Assembly (NCBI GenBank): GCA_964554195.1
Contig: CAZKNK010000001.1
Location: 18,174 to 82,173 of the forward strand
DNA: 64,000 nt
Source: an uncultured Staphylococcus sp.
GTDB lineage: Bacteria; Bacteroidota; Bacteroidia; Bacteroidales; Muribaculaceae
Direction of reading: 5' to 3'
Shown: piece by piece, positions 56,846-64,000 of the stretch
Layout of the letters: every line of letters begins with the position of its first letter
Position numbering within the stretch: the first letter of the stretch is position 1
Made by a program: the position numbers and the translations under genes
Notes under the pieces: model-generated
The model's input: the letters and a program-made list of their open reading frames with translations, nothing else
Databases searched by the model: none
What the model was told of the DNA's origin: nothing

Positions 56846-58666
56846 ATGAAAAAAATCATTGCATCCGCTCTTGTCGCTCTGGCCGCAGTGTCAGTGCCGG
56901 CAATGGCTCAGGAATCAGGTGAAATGCTCGCATTCCCCGGTGCTGAAGGCTTCGGCCAGTATGTCACCGGAGGTCGCGGCGGCGCCGTCTACCACGTCAC
57001 CAACCTTGACGACTCGGGCGAAGGCTCATTCCGTTGGGCCATCGGCCAGTCAGGCAAGCGTACCATAGTGTTTGACGTTTCAGGCACAATCATGCTCAAG
57101 AGCGAACTCAAGCTCCGCAACGGTGATGTCACCATAGCAGGTCAGACCGCCCCCGGCGACGGAATCTGCATAGGAAACTATCCATTTGTCATCTCCGCAC
57201 CCAACGTCATCATCCGCTACATGCGCTTCCGACTTGGAAACGAAGCCCTCAAGACCAACAAAAACGCCCATGAGGGTGACGGTCTCGGCGGAATGGACTC
57301 CCGCGACATCATTATTGACCACTGCTCGGTTTCATGGTCAATCGACGAATGTCTTTCAGTCTACGGCTCCAAGAACACCACCGTACAGTGGTGTTACGTC
57401 ACCCACAGCCTTGTAAACTCCGGTCACTCCAAAGGCGCCCACGGATATGGAGGCAACTGGGGCGGTTCAGGAGCTTCATATCACCATAACCTCCTCGCCC
57501 ACCACGGCTCACGTACTCCCCGCCTCGGCCCGCGTCCAAGCACACAGACCGACGAACGAATGGACTTCCGTAACAACGTCATCTACAACTTCGGCGGAAA
57601 CGGCTGCTACGGCGGCGAAGGCATGAACGTCAACATGGTCAACAACTACTACAAACCCGGCCCCTCCACTCCGACCGGCGACAAAGGCCGACGCATCGCC
57701 GCTCCCGGTATCCGCACCGTTGACTACTGTCTCGACAAGCAGGGAATCTGTGACAACTACTTCATGAAAACCGGAACGTCAATCTCGACAAACAACGTCA
57801 CCGGCGGACGTGACAAGACCCTCGGCAACTACGTCATCATCAAGGGTAAACGCTACTACATCAACATGGCCGACAACACCATTCAGCTCGAATATAACGG
57901 CAAAACCTACACAATGGCCATCAAATGGAACAGCTGGGCCAAGATGCTTCACATCTGGGGACAACTCTTTGTGGAAGGCAACGTAAACTCAGAGTATGAT
58001 GACCTCACCGCTGACAACTGGGGCAAAGGAATTTACAATCAGATTTCCGGAGGCTCAGGTAACGACGGAACATACACCGACGAGCAGAAAGCCTGGATCA
58101 AACGCGCCACCCCCATAGCATTCCCCGCCACCACAACCCACACCGCCGAAATGGCATTTGACCGCGTGGTAGACTATGCAGGCGCATCGCTCCACCGCGA
58201 TGAATATGACGCCATGATTGCTGACGAAACCCGCACCGGAACTGCCAAATTCGGCAAGAAAGGCCTCATTGACTCGCAGGACGACATCACCTACGCCGAT
58301 GGCCACAAAGGCTATCCCGTACTTGAATCGGAACCCGCACCCGTCGACACTGACCTTGACGGAATGCCCGACGATTGGGAAAACGCCAACGGACTCGACC
58401 CCATGAATCCCGATGACGGCGCCCTCACTGCATCAAACGGCTATACCAACCTTGAGAACTATCTCAACTCCCTCGTAGCCCACATCACTGAAGCACAGAA
58501 TGCAGGCGGCAACGTTCAGACTGCCGGCATTGAAAACATCTTCACCGATGCAGTCAACGAGCGTCCCGCTGACAACCGTATATTCAACGTGATGGGCGTT
58601 CAGGTCACCGAACCCCTTGCCCCCGGCATCTATATCCGCAACGGCAAGAAATTCATTGTCCGTTAA
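56846..58666 (+). CDS. Pectate lyase, PL1 family (second paralog), with T9SS-type C-terminus
   Basis: AFPGAEGFG, GQTAPGDG, DHCSVSWSIDE, SRTPRL; DTDLDGMPD; GIYIRNGKKFIVR. Confidence 0.9.
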   Translation: MKKIIASALVALAAVSVPAMAQESGEMLAFPGAEGFGQYVTGGRGGAVYHVTNLDDSGEGSFRWAIGQSGKRTIVFDVSGTIMLKSELKLRNGDVTIAGQTAPGDGICIGNYPFVISAPNVIIRYMRFRLGNEALKTNKNAHEGDGLGGMDSRDIIIDHCSVSWSIDECLSVYGSKNTTVQWCYVTHSLVNSGHSKGAHGYGGNWGGSGASYHHNLLAHHGSRTPRLGPRPSTQTDERMDFRNNVIYNFGGNGCYGGEGMNVNMVNNYYKPGPSTPTGDKGRRIAAPGIRTVDYCLDKQGICDNYFMKTGTSISTNNVTGGRDKTLGNYVIIKGKRYYINMADNTIQLEYNGKTYTMAIKWNSWAKMLHIWGQLFVEGNVNSEYDDLTADNWGKGIYNQISGGSGNDGTYTDEQKAWIKRATPIAFPATTTHTAEMAFDRVVDYAGASLHRDEYDAMIADETRTGTAKFGKKGLIDSQDDITYADGHKGYPVLESEPAPVDTDLDGMPDDWENANGLDPMNPDDGALTASNGYTNLENYLNSLVAHITEAQNAGGNVQTAGIENIFTDAVNERPADNRIFNVMGVQVTEPLAPGIYIRNGKKFIVR

Positions 58667-58693
58667 CGCCATCCCACACAATAACACTCCCCT

Positions 58694-58729
58694 AAAAGAA
58701 GCGCGCCCAAACAGGCGCGCTTCTTTTTT
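58694..58729 (+). terminator. Rho-independent terminator
   Basis: aaaagaagcgcgcc...ggcgcgcttctttt plus T run. Confidence 0.85.
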
Positions 58730-58754
58730 ACGATAATTTTTCAGGATTTTTTCG

Positions 58755-59049
58755 TATATTTGTAGTCGGAACCGGGCAGAGGCTCTACGGTTTCGACAAA
58801 AGAAATAAAATATTAGCGTTTGCTATTTGTTCATTCCACACTGAAATCGGCAAAATTTTAATGGAGAAAGAAAGGACAAGTGGTAGATGTTCGCACAATA
58901 TGCGAATACTCAACCCTTGCTTTTCTCCGAGGCTTTGCCGAGCCACAGTGTGAGCACCAAATACGTTGAGTGTTCGCATTTGTGGCTTGATTAGCCTCGC
59001 AAAACCACACGCTGATACATTTTCGTCAAACCCAAATCTTATTGAAAAA
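58755..59049 (+). promoter_or_regulatory. Promoter (TATATTTG) and long structured 5' leader or ncRNA candidate
   Basis: -7 box at 58755-58762; multiple nested and mutually exclusive inverted repeats (see findings). Confidence 0.55.
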
Positions 59050-59310
59050 ATGAATGTACACATCGGATCTCTGATCCGAAAGGAACTCGATCGTCAAGAA
59101 AGAACGGTGGCATGGTTTGCCCGAAAAATATGCTGTACCAGACCACACGCCTACAAAATTTTTGAAAAGGATAATCTTGATGTAAAGCTGCTCATGAGAA
59201 TCTCCCGCGTGCTTCGCCATGATTTTCTTGCCGACATTTCGCAGAGCATGTGTTGCCAAAAAGATGACGGTTCCGTATCCACATCAAACACTGTTTCAAC
59301 CCGCATTTAA
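59050..59310 (+). CDS. XRE-family helix-turn-helix regulator
   Basis: VHIGSLIRKEL..QERTVAWFARKICC.R..AYKIF...LLMRISRVL.HDF, typical small Bacteroidales XRE. Confidence 0.85.
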   Translation: MNVHIGSLIRKELDRQERTVAWFARKICCTRPHAYKIFEKDNLDVKLLMRISRVLRHDFLADISQSMCCQKDDGSVSTSNTVSTRI

Positions 59311-59372
59311 ATGATTGGTGTTTTAACTTTGCAAAAATATTTTTTCAATTTTTAAACATTAATCACATCACG

Positions 59373-59792
59373 ATGAAACAGTCAATCAAACTTCTTTCAA
59401 TGTTACTCACATTCTTTGCTATGAGCTTCACACTTACTTCTTGTAGTAATGATGATGATAACCCCACATCGTCAATTGATGACTATTATTCAGAAGTAAC
59501 TTCTGTGACAGGTGGAGGTTGGACACCTCAGGAATGTAGCCAGTTTATGAACGAGCTGAATACCAACGCATCGCTCAAACTTGGTCCGGCCTATTCATGG
59601 ATCAATATTGACAGAGATCAAGCGATCTACTATTTCGACACCCAAATGAAAACTCTGAAAGCCGCTTTCGGTAATGGATTGTCGGGAATTTCCGGAACGC
59701 TTACAATCTACGTCGTACTGAAAAACTCCAGCGGTAAGACCATCAAGGGAGCAACTTTGAGCGTCACCACAACATCTTGCACCCTTAACTGA
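59373..59792 (+). CDS. Hypothetical lipoprotein
   Basis: LTSCSNDDD lipobox with acidic export signal; TAACTTTG at 59324-59331. Confidence 0.75.
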   Translation: MKQSIKLLSMLLTFFAMSFTLTSCSNDDDNPTSSIDDYYSEVTSVTGGGWTPQECSQFMNELNTNASLKLGPAYSWINIDRDQAIYYFDTQMKTLKAAFGNGLSGISGTLTIYVVLKNSSGKTIKGATLSVTTTSCTLN

Positions 59793-59830
59793 TTCCGACA
59801 AATCCACTCAGACCTTGTCACTTGAATAAT

Positions 59831-59887
59831 AAAAAAAGTGGGCGTAAAAAGAGGTATAGTTTGCCTTTATGCGCCCACATTTTTTTA
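59831..59887. terminator. Probable bidirectional terminator
   Basis: A-tract, gtgggcgt...gcgcccac stem, T-tract. Confidence 0.55.
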
Positions 59888-59919
59888 ATTCTCATGTAAT
59901 TAACTTTTCCATCATCACT

Positions 59920-61293
59920 ATGAAAAAATTTCTTCTCTATTCGGCTGCTGCAATAGCATTATCGTTCACATCATGCAGCGACAATAACTCCGACGACCCT
60001 TCTCCCGTCACCCCCGACCCCACACCTGGAACCGGTCTGACAGCCGAAGATGCCAAGCTATATCTTGAAGCTACGGCTAAAGAATTCATCAACGTGATTG
60101 ACAATGATATAACTATTTCAAAATATATCCCGGCAGCACACTGTTTTGTTGATGAATACCTCGACTATGACCTGCCGGAGGAACTCATCTCCGTATCGGA
60201 ACACAACCTTTCGTCGCCGGCCAAACTCATGCAGGCCGTTGTGATAGCGGCCAAAGGCAATCCCTCAAGCCTGAGCCGCGGCCTTCAGGAATACACCTAC
60301 GATGTCCGCTTCTCCGATAATTTCGGCATTTACGAACCAAATTCCTACCGTCGGAAATGGGTCCGCACCTCCGACAATACGTCAGACATACAGTTTGTTT
60401 TCACAATCAGTCAGGTCAATAAATCAGGCCGGATTGTGATCACTCCCGATCTGTCCTCAACATCTGAAGTGGAGTATGATGAAACCTATAGTGACGAATA
60501 CTATGACTACGCTTCAGGTAAATATGTGACCGACGTTTATCGTGACAATTATATAATCAGTGTACCGAAATCGGTTAGATGTGAGGTGTATCTTGACAAC
60601 GAAAAAATTGCTGACCTCATCCTCCGTCCCACTTTCAACGAAGCCGCAAAAAATATGTCAGTCACCCTCGAGGGCAATGTAAGCAATGTGACCATCAGAA
60701 GCACCACCAACATCACCAACACCCAGATAACATCGACCGACAACGTAACAGTAGGCGCGACCACTCTTGCATCCTCCACTGTCAGAATCAACGGCAACAA
60801 CCTGTGCGACAGAAACAAAATAGAATCATCAATAGAAAATGATTTCTCCCACAATCGCCTGACAGACTACATCACGTCCGGTTCTGCCGAAAGCACGATC
60901 TTGAACCGACTCATGGTCAACTCAAACTTCAAGGCAAGAAACGAACTTCTTGACGTAGAATTGCATTATTGGGGCGATGGAGCTTACAGTTCATTCTTCG
61001 GACCTGCTATCCCTGCCGAAGCCACCGAAACCGCAACCCTGCTTAACTCCTGCATTTCCATCGAGATGAGCAACACCTCTATGCAGAAACTCGGTTCGCT
61101 CACATTCAAACCCATAATGGAAACCTACGGCGAATATTGGTATTGCGATGTGGAGCCGATGCTGCTCTTTAGCGACGGAACCACCTATGAAATCGAGGAA
61201 TACTTCGACAAAAACTTCGACGGTTATGCCAATCAGTTCCTCAATATCCTTTCAAGCTATGAAAGAATGTGGAATCGCTATTCCTCAAAATAG
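59920..61293 (+). CDS. Hypothetical lipoprotein
   Basis: Start MKKFLL; FTSCSDNNSDD lipobox; C-terminal EPMLLFSDGTTY. Confidence 0.8.
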   Translation: MKKFLLYSAAAIALSFTSCSDNNSDDPSPVTPDPTPGTGLTAEDAKLYLEATAKEFINVIDNDITISKYIPAAHCFVDEYLDYDLPEELISVSEHNLSSPAKLMQAVVIAAKGNPSSLSRGLQEYTYDVRFSDNFGIYEPNSYRRKWVRTSDNTSDIQFVFTISQVNKSGRIVITPDLSSTSEVEYDETYSDEYYDYASGKYVTDVYRDNYIISVPKSVRCEVYLDNEKIADLILRPTFNEAAKNMSVTLEGNVSNVTIRSTTNITNTQITSTDNVTVGATTLASSTVRINGNNLCDRNKIESSIENDFSHNRLTDYITSGSAESTILNRLMVNSNFKARNELLDVELHYWGDGAYSSFFGPAIPAEATETATLLNSCISIEMSNTSMQKLGSLTFKPIMETYGEYWYCDVEPMLLFSDGTTYEIEEYFDKNFDGYANQFLNILSSYERMWNRYSSK

Positions 61294-61329
61294 ATTTCAG
61301 ACAACCTGTATTTTTGAAAAACTAAATTG

Positions 61330-63402
61330 ATGTTCTTTATGCGAAGGACAGCATTGTGGGCATCAGCCGTAGCAACGCTGTCCTTCACTATTCCATCCTC
61401 CGCCTGTGAATCAGCCATAACCCCTGACTCGGTGGTGCATCAGCTTGGAGAAGTGGAGGTCAAGGCTTCGGTAGCGCCCACGGTCCGCGCCACCGGACAT
61501 GGCAACCTGAGCATCAGCTCCCGGGCGATTGCCACGGCAGGACGGACACTCGGTGAAGCTGATTTCATCAATATCCTCCGTACCCGTCCGGAGGTCTACT
61601 CCCGCTCCGACTATTCATCCGGAATCTCTCTCGAAGGAGCCACCCCCAATCAGACCGTCTATCGCATTGCAGGCGCCCCAATCTTTTTCCCTTATCGTTT
61701 CGGAGGCATATTCTCCACCTTCAACACCTCTCATTTCAGCCGGATGACAGTGGAGAAATCCATCCATCCGGCCTCATCACCTCAACGGCTCGGAGGTGTG
61801 GTTGATTTCCATTCGTTTGATCGACTTCCTGAGAGTGTCCATGCCAATATCAACATTGGTCTACTCTCATCGTCACTCACCCTGCGCACTCCGGTGGCCG
61901 GACAAGTCGCTGTCGGATTCTCGGCACGAATATCATATATTGATCAGCTCTATTCCAGACTTCTTTCAAAGGAGAGTCAGGAAATCGGTTACCGTTTCAG
62001 CGACTTCAATCTTACTGCCACCTATCCCACAGAAACCGCCGGAACATTTTCCTTAGACGCCTATTTCGGCAATGACCGGATGGGGTATGATGACCGAAGC
62101 TATGACATAGATGTGACCGCCGGATGGAAAAACCGTATGGCCGCCCTGTCATGGAGCCACTCGCCAAACGAGCGCGTCAACTATCTGTCAAGACTGTTTT
62201 ACAGTTCCTTCTCCTCTGACGTGAAAGTCAGTCTGACAGGACTCGGCATTTCGCTGCCATCCTCGCTCCAACAAATCGGATTGACAGGAAACTTTACACT
62301 CAACACTGACACCTCGTCACTAACCAAAATTTCAGCAGGCTACGAAGTATCACTCTACCGCTTTAATGTCAACACCGGATTCATTTCCGGATTTGGACAA
62401 CAGGGAGCCACACCACCATCATCGTCAGTCTATCAATGTAGCGAGCAGAGAATCTATTCTGACATAAGTATGCGTGTTTCGTCACTCCTGAGACTCGATG
62501 CCGGACTATCAGCGGGACTATGGGAAACCGGAAACATGATTTTTCATGCCATCAATCCGAGAATCAGCGTATCGGCTGAATGTGACAATTCATCATACGC
62601 CGCGCAGTTGGCCGTCTTTTCGCAATTCTTCCATCAGGTTGGATTTTCAGAGATAGGCATGGCCACTGATTTCTTTCTGCCCGCATCGGCAAACATCCCA
62701 GTGAGCAGAGCTTATGGAGTGACACTCTCCGGAACGCATGAACTGCCGTGGGGCATCGGCTTAGAAGAATCGGCATATTTCCGGCTCATATCAGGCGAAC
62801 CCGACTACTCAGGGCAGCTACTTGACATTGCCTCATCTGACTATAATCCCGAGAGTCACATCCTCTCCGGCCACGGATTCAATACAGGCTTTGCGCTGAC
62901 GGCACATAAGAGTTTCAGTAAAATCCTTGTTGAGTCAAGCTATTCACTCGGTATCGCCCGACGGCGCTTTCCAGGAAATGACGTGTGGTTTCGTGGAGTG
63001 TCTGAACAAGGCCATGCCATCCATGCCAATCTGACATTCGCTCCATCCTCACGATGGAACCTTCAGGCAAACTTCATATACACATCCGGACGTCCCTACA
63101 CTCCTGTCAAGGCCATCTATATCATTGCCGGAAATATCATCAATGAATTCGGGCGTCACAACTCATCCCGGTTTCCGGCCTACCACCGTCTTGACCTTTC
63201 GGCCACCTACCGGACATCGTCGAGGATTGGTCCGAAAACACTCAGCCATCTCATCAACTTCTCCCTGATAAATGCCTACGGACGCCGCAACGTTGAGATG
63301 CAGTCGTTTGAACTAAACCCCAAAACCGGTGTCGTAAAGCTTCACCGTCGCTCGTCGCTTTACCGGTTCCTTCCGTCGATAAGCTACACATTAATTCTAT
63401 GA
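61330..63402 (+). CDS. TonB-dependent receptor-like outer membrane protein (non-SusC)
   Basis: LGEVEV; GEADFI, GGIFSTFN plug motifs; SGRPYT, RFPAYHRLDLSATY, FLPSISY. Confidence 0.8.
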   Translation: MFFMRRTALWASAVATLSFTIPSSACESAITPDSVVHQLGEVEVKASVAPTVRATGHGNLSISSRAIATAGRTLGEADFINILRTRPEVYSRSDYSSGISLEGATPNQTVYRIAGAPIFFPYRFGGIFSTFNTSHFSRMTVEKSIHPASSPQRLGGVVDFHSFDRLPESVHANINIGLLSSSLTLRTPVAGQVAVGFSARISYIDQLYSRLLSKESQEIGYRFSDFNLTATYPTETAGTFSLDAYFGNDRMGYDDRSYDIDVTAGWKNRMAALSWSHSPNERVNYLSRLFYSSFSSDVKVSLTGLGISLPSSLQQIGLTGNFTLNTDTSSLTKISAGYEVSLYRFNVNTGFISGFGQQGATPPSSSVYQCSEQRIYSDISMRVSSLLRLDAGLSAGLWETGNMIFHAINPRISVSAECDNSSYAAQLAVFSQFFHQVGFSEIGMATDFFLPASANIPVSRAYGVTLSGTHELPWGIGLEESAYFRLISGEPDYSGQLLDIASSDYNPESHILSGHGFNTGFALTAHKSFSKILVESSYSLGIARRRFPGNDVWFRGVSEQGHAIHANLTFAPSSRWNLQANFIYTSGRPYTPVKAIYIIAGNIINEFGRHNSSRFPAYHRLDLSATYRTSSRIGPKTLSHLINFSLINAYGRRNVEMQSFELNPKTGVVKLHRRSSLYRFLPSISYTLIL

Positions 63403-63405
63403 ACC

Positions 63406-64000
63406 ATGTCACGCATCCTCATCATCATTTCCATAGCCATTCTTTTAAATTCCTGTCTGACTGACGATGACGGAGTGAACCATCCCGACGTGCCTGTCCT
63501 TGACGCATGGATTGATTCCTACGGTTTCCCGGTAGCGCTGCTGACAGAATCACTTGACCCCGGTTCGGGAGCCGAAATATCATCGAAAGTGATCCGTTGG
63601 GGCAAGATTACAATATCCGATGGCGAAACCACCGCCATCATGACCGGTTCACCTGACCGGAATTATTTTCCACCTTACAGATACCACACGTCGGAACTCT
63701 ATGGCGTTCCCGGGCGCACCTACACCATAACAGCCGAATTCGGTGGTAAAAAGGTCACCGCCTCAGCCATGATGCCTGAACCGACTCCGATCGACAATGT
63801 GACAGTTTCGCCGATCGCCGGCAATGACACACTGCGGAGTGTCAGCATGACATTTACCTCGCCTGACGACACTCCTGCCTATTACTATGTGACAGTGCGC
63901 GATCTGAACTCTCCCTCACGGGTCCGCGCCCTTCCCGCCATCATGTCGACAGTCAAGGCCACCCGTAGTGGTAGACCGGTGGAGATTCCCGTATTTATGC
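63406..64000 (+). CDS. DUF4249-like lipoprotein (partial, runs off the window)
   Basis: Read manually: MSRILIIISIAILLNSC...VLDAWIDS.GFP.ALLTES...WGKITISDG...FPPYRY...GRTYTI; common partner of this receptor type. Confidence 0.75.
   Translation, partial: MSRILIIISIAILLNSCLTDDDGVNHPDVPVLDAWIDSYGFPVALLTESLDPGSGAEISSKVIRWGKITISDGETTAIMTGSPDRNYFPPYRYHTSELYGVPGRTYTITAEFGGKKVTASAMMPEPTPIDNVTVSPIAGNDTLRSVSMTFTSPDDTPAYYYVTVRDLNSPSRVRALPAIMSTVKATRSGRPVEIPVFM

Noticed and set aside
58861-58953. 30-codon ORF (MEKERTSG...) as a leader peptide, and the antisense 92-aa ORF at 58785..59063
   Set aside because: They lie within the base-paired region and show no coding-like features; not supportable without ribosome profiling.
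1-64000. CRISPR arrays, tRNA/rRNA genes, prophage or IS elements
   Set aside because: No regularly spaced repeats, cloverleafs, rRNA motifs, phage structural genes or transposases were recognised by eye.

Overview
This is a Bacteroidales chromosomal window, most consistent with Muribaculaceae. The assignment is inferred from TAnnTTTG promoter boxes, SusC/SusD, T9SS-type C-termini and gene content. Most of it is housekeeping and pectin/arabinose metabolism: sufCD, an L,D-transpeptidase, ygiQ, a modular PL9 lyase, the L-arabinose operon, a U32 protein, a PpiD-like chaperone, comM, pldA, a 7TM-HD hydrolase, relA/spoT, and a homogalacturonan-type PUL (susC/susD, GH28-GH105 fusion, two PL1). The most striking feature is an AT-rich cassette (about 34700-37456) with no integrase or transposase. 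It encodes a secreted transglutaminase-like protein, a signal-peptide 'mini-Rhs' protein (Rhs core cleavage motif, no YD repeats, unknown C-terminal domain) and a coupled membrane-anchored putative immunity protein. It is bracketed by a 226-bp exact direct repeat (34462-34687 / 37542-37767) that duplicates the 3' end of the host DUF4369-like gene. Also notable are a TIR-coiled coil-TM-lectin-like protein paired with a TonB-C protein behind a structured intergenic RNA candidate (8276-8529), and a switch-like structured leader upstream of an XRE regulator (58755-59049). All family assignments are motif recognition by eye; no searches were run.
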